A stretch of 64,000 nt of DNA from an uncultured Actinomycetes bacterium (GTDB lineage: Bacteria; Actinomycetota; UBA4738; HRBIN12), in the NCBI GenBank assembly GCA_963775735.1, contig CAVZKD010000007.1, positions 2,177,239-2,241,238 on the forward strand, in the 5' to 3' direction. The notes under the pieces were generated by a model. The model did no database searches. It was given only the letters and a program-made list of their open reading frames with translations, and was not told where the DNA came from. Both the position numbers and the translations under genes were made by a program. Positions 47,761 to 57,661 of this stretch are shown piece by piece (within the stretch, counting starts at the first letter, position 1; the number at the start of each line of letters is the position of its first letter).

Positions 47761-48987
47761 ATGGAGACCTCTCGCCCGAGCGTCCGGCAGAACCTGCGCT
47801 CACTGCCGCCCGCGACGTGGGTGTTGTTCGGTGGGACGTTCGTCAATCGGCTCGGAACGTTCGTCATGCCGTTCATCACGCTGTACCTGACCCAACCCGA
47901 ACGCGGGTTCTCCATCCCGCAGGCGGGGCTCGCCCTCGCGATGTACGGGGTCGGAGGCGTCGCGGCCCAGTTCCTCGGAGGCTGGCTGGCCGACCGCATC
48001 GGCCGGCGCAACGCGATCGGGTTCTCGATGCTCGGCGCGTCGGTGATCACGCTGCTGCTGTGGCAGGCGTCCAGCCTCATCGTCATCTACGCCCTCATGC
48101 TGCTGCTCGCACTCGTCGCCGAGATGCACCGCCCGGCCGCCTCGGCGCTGATCGCCGACCTGGTTCCGAGCGAGCAACGCGTCAGCGCGTTCGCCGTGTT
48201 CCGTCTGGCGATCAACGTCGGCTGGGCGTGCGGGCTCACGCTCGGCGGCCTCCTCGCCGACGCGTCCTTCGACTACCTGTTCGTCGGCGATGCCATCACC
48301 TCGGCGGCGTTCGGCGTGATCTCGCTCATCGCGCTCCCGCACGGGACGCGCACCTCGCGGCACGAGGAGCGCCATCTCCAGGGCGCCACGCGGACGATCC
48401 TCGCGGATCGGGGTTTCCTGTTGTTCCTGGGCGCCATCCTGATCGGGGCGGCGATCTACATGCAGAACGTGTCCACGTTCCCGCTCCACGTCCGAGCAGC
48501 GGGCTTCTCGACCTCCGTCTACGGGGGCCTGCAGGCGCTGAACGGCGTGATCGTCGTCCTGCTGGAACTGCCGATCACCGCGTGGACCGGACGGCGGTCA
48601 CGAACACGGATGGTCGCACTCGGCTCCCTGCTCATCGGCGTGTCGTTCGCCACGCTGACCGTGGCTGTGTCCATCCCGGCACTGGCGGCGATGGTGCTCA
48701 TCTGGACGCTCGGCGAGATCATCTCCTCGCCCGTGAGCAGCGCCTTCGTAGCCGACCGGTCGCCCGAGCACACCCGGGGTCGCTACCAAGCCTCGCTCGG
48801 GGTGATGTTCGCGCTCGGGGCCGTGGTCGGACCGACCCTCGGCACCGCCGCGTACGCGTTCAACCCCGACGTCCTGTGGGTCGGATGTGGCCTCGCAGGC
48901 GTGCTCTCCGCGGGACTGGCGCTCGCCGCGGGCCGCCACCCGGCGCCCGTCATGCCGGCGGCGGAGCTTGACACCCCTCTCACCTAG
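47761..48987 (+). CDS. MFS transporter.
   Basis: This is an intact 408-aa ORF with 12 hydrophobic segments and the loop motif LADRIGRRNAIG. Confidence 0.85.
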   Translation: METSRPSVRQNLRSLPPATWVLFGGTFVNRLGTFVMPFITLYLTQPERGFSIPQAGLALAMYGVGGVAAQFLGGWLADRIGRRNAIGFSMLGASVITLLLWQASSLIVIYALMLLLALVAEMHRPAASALIADLVPSEQRVSAFAVFRLAINVGWACGLTLGGLLADASFDYLFVGDAITSAAFGVISLIALPHGTRTSRHEERHLQGATRTILADRGFLLFLGAILIGAAIYMQNVSTFPLHVRAAGFSTSVYGGLQALNGVIVVLLELPITAWTGRRSRTRMVALGSLLIGVSFATLTVAVSIPALAAMVLIWTLGEIISSPVSSAFVADRSPEHTRGRYQASLGVMFALGAVVGPTLGTAAYAFNPDVLWVGCGLAGVLSAGLALAAGRHPAPVMPAAELDTPLT

Positions 48988-48993
48988 CGGGTA

Positions 48994-49034
48994 GATATAT
49001 CGGAACGATATACGCAACCGATATATCGAATCGC
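48994..49034. promoter_or_regulatory. AT-rich repeated palindromic operator-like site upstream of PadR-ino1.
   Basis: GATATATCG (48994-49002), CGATATACG (49006-49014) and the perfect palindrome CGATATATCG (49020-49029) lie 20-60 nt upstream of the padR ATG. Confidence 0.45.
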
Positions 49035-49054
49035 AACGTGGAGGAAGGATCAGG

Positions 49055-49639
49055 ATGCTGGAGCTCGCGATCCTCGGACTGCTCAAGGAGCGGTCCATGC
49101 ACGGCTACCAGCTGTCGAAGCGCCTCACCGACTCCCTCGGCGGGTTCTGGCGCGTCTCGTACGGGTCGCTGTACCCGACGCTGAAACGCCTCGAACGCCA
49201 GGGGGCGGTCGAACAGGTCTTCGACCGCCAGGAGGTCGGACGCCGCAAGAACGTCTACCGGATCACCGAGGCCGGCGAGGTGCTCTTCCGTGAGCTGCTC
49301 GAGGAGTCCGGCCCGGACGCCACCGGTGAGGACAACCGGTTCCGGGTCCGGATGGCGTTCTTCAAGTACCTGTCGCCCGAGACGCGGATCCGCCTGCTCG
49401 AACGCCGGCGGGCGTTCCTCGAGGAGCGCCTGTCGACGATCGCCGCGTCCTCGGCGACCACGAGCGGGGACACCTACACGATGTCCTTGATGCAGCACGG
49501 GCGCGAGAGCACCGAGCAGGACATCGCGTGGCTCAGCGGCCTGATCGCGGCGGAGCGCCGCACGATCGATACGGAAACGGGGGGGACGAAGCGACGGGGA
49601 AGCAATCGGTCGCTTCGCAGGAAGGAGCACACCACATGA
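49055..49639 (+). CDS. PadR-family transcriptional regulator.
   Basis: The N-terminus is [51 protein letters not shown]. The stop overlaps the ino1 ATG (ATGA). Confidence 0.9.
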   Translation: MLELAILGLLKERSMHGYQLSKRLTDSLGGFWRVSYGSLYPTLKRLERQGAVEQVFDRQEVGRRKNVYRITEAGEVLFRELLEESGPDATGEDNRFRVRMAFFKYLSPETRIRLLERRRAFLEERLSTIAASSATTSGDTYTMSLMQHGRESTEQDIAWLSGLIAAERRTIDTETGGTKRRGSNRSLRRKEHTT

Positions 49640-50763
49640 GCACCGTTCGACTCGCGATCGTCGGGGTGGGCAACTGCGCCTCGTCGTTCGTTCAAGGACT
49701 CGAGTACTACGCGGACGCCGATCCCGGGGATACCGTCCCGGGCCTTATGCACGTGGACCTCGGCGGGTACCACATCCGCGACGTGGAGCTCGTGGCGGCG
49801 TTCGACGTCGACGCGAAGAAGGTCGGCACGGACGTCTCGGAGGCGATCGTCTCCGAGCCGAACAACACGATCCGGTTCGCCGACGTCCCACCGACCGGCG
49901 TGGTCGTGCAGCGCGGGCCGACGTTCGACGGCCTCGGTCACTACTACCGCGAAACGATCGAGGAGTCCGAGCTCCCGCCGGTGGATGTCGCGAAGGCGCT
50001 CCGCGAAGCGGAGGCGGACGTGCTCGTGTCGTATCTGCCGGTGGGATCCGAGCAGGCCGCCAAGCACTACGCGCAGGCGGCGATCGACGCACACGTCGCC
50101 TTCGTGAACTGCCTGCCGGTGTTCATCTCCTCGGACCGAGCCTGGGCCCAAAGGTTCGTCGCGGCGGGCGTCCCGATCGTCGGCGACGACATCAAGAGCC
50201 AGGTCGGAGCCACGATCGTGCACCGCGTCCTCACGAAGCTGTTCGAGGACCGCGGCGTGAAGCTCAACCGAACGTACCAACTGAACTTCGGCGGCAACAT
50301 GGACTTCATGAACATGCTCGAGCGCGAGCGACTGACGTCCAAGAAGGTTTCGAAGACGCAGTCGGTGCAGTCGCAGATGCGCAAGCAGCTGGACAAGCAG
50401 AACATCCACATCGGACCCTCCGACCACGTGCCGTGGCTCGAGGACCGGAAGTGGGCGCAGATCCGGCTCGAGGGACAGGCGTTCGGGGACGTGCCGCTGA
50501 ATATCGAGCTGAAGCTCGAGGTCTGGGACAGCCCGAACTCGGCCGGCATCGTGATCGACGCGGTCCGGTGCGCGAAGCTGGCGCTCGACCGCGGCGTCGC
50601 CGGCCCGTTGATCGGCCCGAGCGCGTACTTCATGAAGTCGCCGCCCGTGCAGTTCAGCGACGAGGCCGCCCGCGAGATGGTCGAGGAGTTCATCCTCGGC
50701 AACGGGGCGAGCGCGTCGGCCGACTGGACGGCGTTCTTCGACGTGCACCCAGCCGAGGCGTAA
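49636..50763 (+). CDS. ino1: myo-Inositol-1-phosphate synthase.
   Basis: Motifs are [59 protein letters not shown] and [18 protein letters not shown]. The PadR-ino1 arrangement matches mycobacterial synteny. Confidence 0.95.
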   Translation: MSTVRLAIVGVGNCASSFVQGLEYYADADPGDTVPGLMHVDLGGYHIRDVELVAAFDVDAKKVGTDVSEAIVSEPNNTIRFADVPPTGVVVQRGPTFDGLGHYYRETIEESELPPVDVAKALREAEADVLVSYLPVGSEQAAKHYAQAAIDAHVAFVNCLPVFISSDRAWAQRFVAAGVPIVGDDIKSQVGATIVHRVLTKLFEDRGVKLNRTYQLNFGGNMDFMNMLERERLTSKKVSKTQSVQSQMRKQLDKQNIHIGPSDHVPWLEDRKWAQIRLEGQAFGDVPLNIELKLEVWDSPNSAGIVIDAVRCAKLALDRGVAGPLIGPSAYFMKSPPVQFSDEAAREMVEEFILGNGASASADWTAFFDVHPAEA

Positions 50764-50787
50764 CCACGCACGGGACCGAACGACCGG

Positions 50788-50812
50788 GAGGCCGGGCCGC
50801 GTGCCCGGCCTC
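50788..50812 (+). terminator. Intrinsic-terminator-like hairpin after ino1.
   Basis: The hairpin is GAGGCCGGGC-CGCGT-GCCCGGCCTC (10-bp stem), followed by TATCGTTG. Confidence 0.5.
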
Positions 50813-50875
50813 TATCGTTGCGGCAGCTCGAGACGACTCGAGAACGCCGACAGCCATCGAGAGGAAGGAGCCGAC

Positions 50876-51274
50876 ATGCGCATGACCCGATCGAACCCCG
50901 AGACCGTCGCCCGTCCGGTCGGCAACTACTCGCAGGTGGTGCGCGTCGAGACCGCCGACGCGACCTGGATCCACGTGTCGGGACAGGTCGCGCTCGACCT
51001 CGACGGTCACCTCGTCGGCCCCGGCGATCTGCGTGCTCAGACCCGACAGGTGTTCGAGAACCTGCACGCGATCCTGTCGGCCAACGGGGCGACGTTCGAC
51101 GACGTCGTCAAGGTCAACACCTACGTCACGACCGTGGACGACATCGCCGGGATGCGCGAGGAGCGCGGCAGGTTCCTCTCGGAGCTGCCCGCGAGCACCG
51201 CCGTCCAGATCTCCGCCCTGTTCGTGCCGGAGGCCGTGATCGAGGTCGACCTCGTGGCGGTGATCGCGGCATGA
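50876..51274 (+). CDS. RidA/YjgF-family reactive-intermediate deaminase.
   Basis: Motifs are PVGNYSQVVRV, VSGQVALD, QTRQVFENLHAIL, VVKVNTYV and IEVDLVAV. An SD (GAGGAAGGAG) lies upstream. Confidence 0.9.
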   Translation: MRMTRSNPETVARPVGNYSQVVRVETADATWIHVSGQVALDLDGHLVGPGDLRAQTRQVFENLHAILSANGATFDDVVKVNTYVTTVDDIAGMREERGRFLSELPASTAVQISALFVPEAVIEVDLVAVIAA

Positions 51275-52122
51275 CGACCGTGGCGTTCCTCGGCCTGGGT
51301 TCGATGGGAGCTCCGATGGCCGCCCGGCTGCTCGATGCCGGCCACGAGCTCCGCGTGTGGAACCGGACGCCGGGCCGCGATGAAGCGCTCGTCGCGTCCG
51401 GGGCCGATCGAGCCGCGACCCCCGCCGACGGGGTGCGCGACGCCGAGGTGGCGATCACGATGCTCAGGGATCCGGAGGCGCTCGGGTCCGTGCTGTTCGG
51501 TCCGGACGGCGTGGCCGCAGCGATCGCGCCGACCGCGACGCTCATCGACATGTCGACGGTCGGCCCCGAGCCGATCCGGTCGATCGCAGCGCGCTTGGCG
51601 CCGACGGCGGTCCTCGACGCCCCGGTCCTCGGCAGCGTCCCGGCGGCCGAGTCCGGCCGGCTCACGATCCTGGCGGGAGGGGACCCGGCGGTGTTCGAGC
51701 GGCACGTGGATCTGCTCGCCGACCTCGGCTCGCCGGTCCACGTCGGACCGAGCGGCACCGGCGCGACCCTGAAGCTCGTCGCCAACGCCGCCACGATCTC
51801 GACCCTCGTGGCCGTGGGCGAGCTGCTCGCGCTTACCGACCGGATGGGCGTGGACCAGGCCGTCGTGCTCGACGGGCTCCACCTCGGCCCGCTCGCCTCG
51901 TTCATCGAACGCTGGCGCGAACGCCTCGAGGACCGATACGACCGGCCCGATTTCCGCCTGGAGCTGGCCAGGAAGGATCTGGCGCTCATCCTCGACGAGG
52001 CGGAGCGCGCCGGCGTCGGTCTGACGATGGTCGACACCGCCGCCGCCCGATCCGATGAGGCGATCGCCGCCGGGCTCGGCCCGAGTGACTTCGGAGCCGT
52101 TTCCGGCTTCCTCCGTCGGTGA
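51271..52122 (+). CDS. NAD(P)-dependent beta-hydroxyacid (3-hydroxyisobutyrate/6PGDH-like) dehydrogenase.
   Basis: The Rossmann motif is VAFLGLGSMGAPMAARL. DAPVLGS and GTGATLKLVANA are also present. It has an ATGA overlap with ridA and a GTGA overlap with the next gene. Confidence 0.85.
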   Translation: MTTVAFLGLGSMGAPMAARLLDAGHELRVWNRTPGRDEALVASGADRAATPADGVRDAEVAITMLRDPEALGSVLFGPDGVAAAIAPTATLIDMSTVGPEPIRSIAARLAPTAVLDAPVLGSVPAAESGRLTILAGGDPAVFERHVDLLADLGSPVHVGPSGTGATLKLVANAATISTLVAVGELLALTDRMGVDQAVVLDGLHLGPLASFIERWRERLEDRYDRPDFRLELARKDLALILDEAERAGVGLTMVDTAAARSDEAIAAGLGPSDFGAVSGFLRR

Positions 52123-53573
52123 AACCCACACGGCTGCGCGCGCGCGAGGCGCTCCGCAGCCACGACTTCCGACGGCTGTTCGCGATCCGTCTCGTTTCGC
52201 AGTCGGCCGACGGACTGTTCCAGGTGGCGCTCATCGCCTCGATCGTGTTCGACCCGCAGGAACAGAGCACGGCGGTCGGGTTCGCGATCGCGACCTTGGT
52301 GGTGTCGTTGCCGTTCTCGATCCTCGGGCCGTTCACCGGCGTCTTCATCGACCGGTGGTCTCGCCGGAAGATCCTGGTGGTCGCGCCGCTGCTGCGCGCG
52401 GCGCTCGCGTGGCTCGTGCTGTTCGACCCGCTGGACGCGCCGGTCGCCTTCTACGTGGGCGCGCTCTGGGTGCTCTCCGTGAACCGGTTCTTCCTCGCGA
52501 CGGCGATCGCCGTCGTCCCGCGCCTCGTGCCGCGCGAGGACCTCCTCATGGCGAACTCGATGTCGGTCGTGGGTGGAACGGTGGCACTGCTCGCCGGCGT
52601 GTTCGTCGGCGGGTGGATCGCGGACCTCGTGGGCGAGACGCCGGTGATCGCGCTCGCGACGGCGCAGTGGGTCGCCACCTCGCTCATCGCATCGAGGATC
52701 CGGAGCCCGCTCGTCCCGCATCACCTGCCCGAGGCGCCCGTCCGCGACGAGCTCCGGCGCGTCGTGCGCGAGTTCGCGGACGGGGTCGTTCGCCTCGCGC
52801 ACACGCCTCGCGCGTTGGGGCCGATCACGTCGATCTCGCTCAACCAGATGGGACAGGGCATCGTGCTCGTGCTTTCGCTCTTCGTCTTCCGCGACCGGTT
52901 CGAGCAGGACGTCGGCTCCTTCTCGAACCTGATCGGCGCCGGCGGCGTGGGCGTGCTCCTCGGCATCCTCACCGTCGGCGCGCTCGAGGCGCGGTTCACG
53001 AAGGAGCGGATCGTCGCGGGCGCCTTCGCGGCCTCCGGCCTGACGTTGCTCGCGGTCGCCACGACGATCAGCGGCTGGAGCGTGCTCCTCGCGAGCTTCG
53101 CGATCGGGCTCACGTTCGCCTGGATGAAGATCCCGGTGGACACGATGGTCCAGGAGGCCATCCCGGACGGGTACCGGGGCCGCGTGTTCGCCGTGTATGA
53201 CGTGGCCTACAACGTGGCCCGCGTCATCGCCTCGTTCCTCGCGATCCCGATGCTGAACCATCTGGGCGAGGCCTGGTCCGTGGCCGTCGTCGGACTGGTG
53301 TTCCTCGCCTGGACGCCCGTGCTGCCGCGCTGGATCGGCCGGATCCCGGAGCTCGACCTGCGCTTCTACGCGGGCGGCCGGGCCGACGAGGCGCCACGCG
53401 CGGTCGTGTGGGGCGGTGTCGAGGAGACCGTCGAGGTCGAGCGACGCGCGCTCGAGGAGACCGACGGGGTTCGGCGGTCCCGGTATCGCCTGCGGATGCA
53501 GGACGGAACCGTCATCGACGTATCGAAGGTCGAGCCGGACGGAGCGTGGAGCCTCGAACGAGAGCTCGGATGA
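52119..53573 (+). CDS. MFS transporter with a ~90-aa soluble C-terminal extension.
   Basis: FRRLFAIRLVSQSADGLFQVAL and DRWSRRKILV are followed by 12 TM-like segments. The ORF is intact at 484 aa. Confidence 0.85.
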   Translation: MKPTRLRAREALRSHDFRRLFAIRLVSQSADGLFQVALIASIVFDPQEQSTAVGFAIATLVVSLPFSILGPFTGVFIDRWSRRKILVVAPLLRAALAWLVLFDPLDAPVAFYVGALWVLSVNRFFLATAIAVVPRLVPREDLLMANSMSVVGGTVALLAGVFVGGWIADLVGETPVIALATAQWVATSLIASRIRSPLVPHHLPEAPVRDELRRVVREFADGVVRLAHTPRALGPITSISLNQMGQGIVLVLSLFVFRDRFEQDVGSFSNLIGAGGVGVLLGILTVGALEARFTKERIVAGAFAASGLTLLAVATTISGWSVLLASFAIGLTFAWMKIPVDTMVQEAIPDGYRGRVFAVYDVAYNVARVIASFLAIPMLNHLGEAWSVAVVGLVFLAWTPVLPRWIGRIPELDLRFYAGGRADEAPRAVVWGGVEETVEVERRALEETDGVRRSRYRLRMQDGTVIDVSKVEPDGAWSLERELG

Positions 53574-53639
53574 CCGTCCGTACGACCGCGGGGCGACGGC
53601 GACGATGCCCCCCAGGTCTCGGGTGATACAACAGTCGAC

Positions 53640-55312
53640 GTGTCCTCCTCGGACCCGCGCATCGGGAGTCGGATCGGCGGCTACGCGATCCAGTCCGTGC
53701 TGGGCCGCGGAGGCATGAGCGTCGTCTATCTGGCAGAGGACACCAGGCTCGACCGCAGGATCGCGCTCAAGGTGATGGCCGACGAGCTCGCGGGGAACGA
53801 GTCGTTCCGGACGCGCTTCATCCGCGAGGCGCACATGGCGGCCAACATCGAGCACCCGAACATCGTGCCCCTCTACGACGCGGGAGAGATCGACGGCGTC
53901 TTGTACCTGGCGATGCGTGTGATCCGCGGGACCGACCTGCGACAGGTGATCGATGACGAGGGGGTCCTCGATCCCGAACGCACGATGGCGATCATGCGCC
54001 AGGTCGCGAGCGCGCTCGACGCCGCGCATCGCGCAGGCCTGGTACACCGAGACGTGAAGCCCGGGAACATCCTGCTCGCGACGGACGGCGACGAAGAGCA
54101 CGCCTACCTCTCCGACTTCGGGCTGACCAAGCAGGCCTCATCCGACAGCGGCCTGACGAAGACCGGGACGTTCCTGGGGACGGTCGATTACGTCGCTCCG
54201 GAGCAGATCCGGGGGCACGAGGTCGACGGGCGCACCGATCAGTACTCGCTCGGCTGCGTGTTGTACGAATGCCTGACCGGCAGCGTGCCGTTCGTCAAGG
54301 ACCAGGACGTGGCGACCCTGTTCGCGCACGTCGAGGACGAGCCACCCCGCCTGTCGTCGATGCGCCCCGAGCTGCCGGAGGCGGTGAGCGGCGTCGTCGC
54401 CCGCGCGATGGCCAAACAGCGGGAGGCGCGGTTCGACACCTGCCAGGCGTTCGTGCAGGCGGCTCGCACCGCGCTCCGAGAGCCGGCCCGACCACCTCCC
54501 GCTCCGACCGTCGTCGCGGCCGGCGCCGCCGCGATCTCGGTCCCGCCGGCTCCTCCGGGACCCGATCGGGCACCGCCCGAACCCACCCCGTCGCGCGGCT
54601 CACGGCGCTGGCTGCTGATCGCGGCGATCGTCGCGGCGGTCGCGATCGCCGGCATCGTCGCCGGCATCGCCCTCACTCGCGACGGTCAGGAGCGGGCGGA
54701 CCCGACGGGAAGCACCGGCTCGACCGGCGTGACCGGGCCGACGGGCCCGACGGACCCGACCGGAGCGACCGCCCCGACCGGAGCGACCGGCCCGTCCGCG
54801 ACGGGTCCGACGGCGCCGACCGGTACCACGGGAGCCCCGCCCGCGTCCGGTTGTCCGGGACCGGAGGACTCATTCGACACGGGCGAACCTCCATTGGTGG
54901 AGGGCGAGCGGTACGGCTGCATCGAGAGGATCTCGCCGTTGCAGCGAACGATGCTCTTCGATCTCGCGACCCTCTATGCGGGGGCCGGCTGCGATCACAG
55001 GCGGCCGATGGAGACGGCGCCGAGGTGCGGTCCGACGGATCGTACGTCGGGAACAGGAACGCCTTCCTGCGGGAGCTCCCGCTCGACCCCGACGTCGAGG
55101 TCGTCCTCCTCGACTGGGACGGATGCCCGCCGTGCGACGAGACGCTCGTCACGGACCTCGACCTGTTCGCGACGGTGATCGACACCTCGGTCGACGAAGG
55201 TGGGAACCAGGTCGTGATCGAGGGACAGACGTATGGGGGAGCTGGGTCGCTGTACCGGCTGACGCTCGCGGACGGCGTCGTCGTTCGGATCGAGGAACAG
55301 CCCCCAGCGTGA
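53640..55312 (+). pseudogene. Transmembrane Ser/Thr protein kinase with an extracellular Thr/Gly/Pro repeat linker and a C-terminal domain; one frame break ~54985-55000.
   Basis: Kinase motifs are [28 protein letters not shown] and APE. The TM segment is [22 protein letters not shown]. The C-terminal sense (..[36 protein letters not shown]...RIEEQPPA*) continues in the -1 frame. Confidence 0.9.
54701..54836 (+). repeat. Imperfect tandem repeats (9/18-nt period) encoding (T/S)G(x)TGP-type triplets inside the kinase linker.
   Basis: The encoded peptide is [47 protein letters not shown]. An exact 16-mer, CCGACCGGAGCGACCG, occurs at 54756 and 54774. Confidence 0.6.
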
Positions 55313-55342
55313 TCCGGACGCACCGTCATCTCCGCTTCGGTC

Positions 55343-56077
55343 GTGGTCGTGGCGCTGTCGGCCTGTTCCTCTCAAGGGTCACCGGCGCCTGGTCCGCAGG
55401 AGAGGGTGGCCTCGCCGAGTCCGACCGCGTCACCCGACCAGGGACTCGGATCCGAGGAGCCACAGATGGATGAGCGGAACGGGTTCCACGGCAAGATCGA
55501 TCCGCTCCCGCGGGTGCTCGCCGCCGAGATGCGGGGGACGACGTGGAAGCCCGGCTGCCCGGTGCCGCTCGACGACCTGCGGCTGCTCCACTTCAACTAC
55601 TGGGGGCTGGGCGGTGTGATCAGGCGCGGTCCGTTGGTGGTGAACGCATCGGTCGCGGAGGACGTGCTCTGGGTGTTCGGGCAGCTGTTCGACGCTCGGT
55701 TCCCACTCAAGCGCGTCGGGCTGACGAGGGAGTTCGTGCCGTCGAGGTTCGAGCCGGTCATCTCGAGCGGGCGGAGCGTGACCGCGTCGTTCAACTGTCG
55801 TCCGGTCATCACGCCGCTCGGGCCCGGGGACGGTTTCTCCCAGCACGCGTACGGGCTCGCGATCGACGTCAACCCCGTTCAGAACCCGTTCGTCACCTCG
55901 GACGGGTTCGTCCGCAACACCGAGGCACGACCGTACGTCGACCGGAGCAGGGACCTTCCGGGGATGATCCACGCCGGCGATATCGTCGTGCGGTCGTTCG
56001 CCGCCATCGGCTGGGAGTGGGGCGGGTTCTGGAGCGGCGGGAAGGACTACATGCACTTCTCGCTGCTCGGTCGGTAG
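55343..56077 (+). CDS. M15-family (VanY/D-Ala-D-Ala carboxypeptidase-like) metallopeptidase lipoprotein. The start is probably upstream at GTG 55309, with an indel in between.
   Basis: The lipobox is VVALSAC. M15 zinc motifs are SQHAYGLAIDVNP and KDYMHFS. The GTG at 55309 overlaps the kinase stop (GTGA) and encodes a basic n-region (IRTHRHLRF) in another frame. Confidence 0.8.
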   Translation: MVVALSACSSQGSPAPGPQERVASPSPTASPDQGLGSEEPQMDERNGFHGKIDPLPRVLAAEMRGTTWKPGCPVPLDDLRLLHFNYWGLGGVIRRGPLVVNASVAEDVLWVFGQLFDARFPLKRVGLTREFVPSRFEPVISSGRSVTASFNCRPVITPLGPGDGFSQHAYGLAIDVNPVQNPFVTSDGFVRNTEARPYVDRSRDLPGMIHAGDIVVRSFAAIGWEWGGFWSGGKDYMHFSLLGR

Positions 56078-56086
56078 CAGACGCTG

Positions 56087-56827
56087 ATGGCACGCGACTG
56101 GGACGCCGCGACGTACGAGCGGATCGCCGACCCGCAGTTCGGCTGGGGCGCCGCCGTGGTCGAGCGCCTCGAGCTCGAGGGCGGGGAAACCGTGCTCGAC
56201 GCGGGATGTGGCCCGGGCCGCGTGACCGAGCTCCTGCTCGACCGCCTCCCAGGTGGCCGCGTCGTCGCGCTCGACGGGTCGCCGGCGATGATCGGACGGG
56301 CGCGCGAGCGGTTGCGGCCGTTCGGCGATCGCGTCCGGTTCCTCGTCGCGGACCTCGGGGAGCCCATCCCGCTCGCAGGGCCGGTGGACGCGATCTTCTC
56401 GACGGCCACCTTCCACTGGGTCTCGGACCACGACGCGCTGTTCCGCAACCTCGCGGCGGTCCTTCGCCCGGGTGGGCAGCTCGTGGCGCAGTGCGGGGGA
56501 GCCGGCAACCTCGACACGGTCGTGGCCGCGCTCCGAGACCTGGGCGCCGATCCGTTCAGCTCGAAGGTCTTCGCGACGCCCGAGGAGTCGAGCGATCGCC
56601 TTCGCGCTGCCGGGTTCACCGAGATCGAGTGCTGGCTCGACGAGGCGCCGACGCCGTTCGATGACGAGCGCGCGCTCGAAACGTTCCTTCGCACCTGCGC
56701 GCTGCGGGACCACGTGGCGGCGATGTCCGATGCGGACGCCTCCCGGTTCGCCAACGACGTGGTGACGCGCCTGCCCGAGCTCGCGCTCGACTACGTGCGG
56801 CTGAACATCCGCGCCCGGCTCAGATGA
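56087..56827 (+). CDS. Class I SAM-dependent methyltransferase (trans-aconitate-methyltransferase-like).
   Basis: Motif I is VLDAGCGPGRVTELL. The post-I motif is VVALDGSPAMI. LRPGGQLVAQ is also present. Confidence 0.85.
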   Translation: MARDWDAATYERIADPQFGWGAAVVERLELEGGETVLDAGCGPGRVTELLLDRLPGGRVVALDGSPAMIGRARERLRPFGDRVRFLVADLGEPIPLAGPVDAIFSTATFHWVSDHDALFRNLAAVLRPGGQLVAQCGGAGNLDTVVAALRDLGADPFSSKVFATPEESSDRLRAAGFTEIECWLDEAPTPFDDERALETFLRTCALRDHVAAMSDADASRFANDVVTRLPELALDYVRLNIRARLR

Positions 56828-57413
56828 AGAGCTGGATCGCGCTCTCCCGCATCTCGAGCAGCGCGGTGGCGGCCCCGATCGGCTCCTCGAGCCCGTCGAT
56901 CAGATCGTCGGTCCCGATCCCCATGAGGTCCATCGTCATCTGACACGGGATCAGCTTCACGCCCATGTCGCGCGCGAACTCGAGCAGCTCGGTCGGGTGC
57001 GGCGTCTTGTAGTTCTCGGCCACCTTGCCGAGCATCCAGGGGCCCATGCCGGCGAACTGGTAGCGCGACAGCTTCGCCTTCTGCGTCGAGCCCGGGTTCA
57101 TCGCGCCGAGCGCTTTCGTCATCCAGTCCTTGCCCGTCTTCCGACGGCGCTCGGGCTTCACCAACGGGAACAGGCCCCAGAAGGTGAAGAAGACGCTCAC
57201 CTCCATCCCGGAGGCGGCCGCGCTCGTCGAGAGGATCAGCGTCGGCCAGATCCGGTCGAGGTGTCCGTCCCAGGCGATGATCGTGATCTTGTTCTTCCTG
57301 GGGAGCCGCTCGGAGCCGTCGCGTTCCTCGAGCGCCTGATCGATCAGCTTCCGAAGCGCATCGGCGTCGGCGACGGCCGGTTCGCCCTCGATCGTCTCGG
57401 TCCGTGTGGCCAT
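56820..57413 (-). CDS. DsrE/DsrF/DrsH-like sulfur-relay family protein.
   Basis: Motifs are KITIIAWDGHLDRIWPTLILSTSAAASGMEVSVFFTFWGL and KLIPCQMTMDLMG. It lies directly downstream of tusA on the same strand. Confidence 0.75.
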   Translation of the reverse strand: MATRTETIEGEPAVADADALRKLIDQALEERDGSERLPRKNKITIIAWDGHLDRIWPTLILSTSAAASGMEVSVFFTFWGLFPLVKPERRRKTGKDWMTKALGAMNPGSTQKAKLSRYQFAGMGPWMLGKVAENYKTPHPTELLEFARDMGVKLIPCQMTMDLMGIGTDDLIDGLEEPIGAATALLEMRESAIQLFI

Positions 57414-57418
57414 CTCGC

Positions 57419-57661
57419 TCACGCCTTCCTGATCACGTAGCGGAACACGCCGTCGCCCTCGCTCGAGTCGACCAACGTGTTGCCCGAGAGCTTGGCCCAC
57501 GACGGCACGTCCGACCTGGAGCCCGGATCGGTCGCGAGGAGCTCGAAGAGGTCCCCCGGCCTCGCATCGCGCAGCGCTTTGTGCAGCGTCACGAGTGGGC
57601 CGGGGCACGACTGGCCACGAGCGTCCACCGTCGTGGTGATGGTTCCGGTGACGACGTCCAT
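57419..57661 (-). CDS. tusA: TusA/SirA-family sulfurtransferase.
   Basis: VDARGQSCPGPLVTLHKAL contains the conserved CPxP cysteine. The ORF is 80 aa. Confidence 0.85.
   Translation of the reverse strand: MDVVTGTITTTVDARGQSCPGPLVTLHKALRDARPGDLFELLATDPGSRSDVPSWAKLSGNTLVDSSEGDGVFRYVIRKA

Noticed and set aside
51126-54101. A 991-aa minus-strand ORF.
   Set aside because: It is antisense to the dehydrogenase, MFS and kinase genes. Its composition (runs of R, D, E, P) is typical of non-coding high-GC frames.
54701-54836. The possibility that the short periodic repeats are a CRISPR-like or minisatellite element.
   Set aside because: The repeats are in-frame, lie inside a kinase linker and have no spacer/repeat organisation. 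They are a coding low-complexity repeat.
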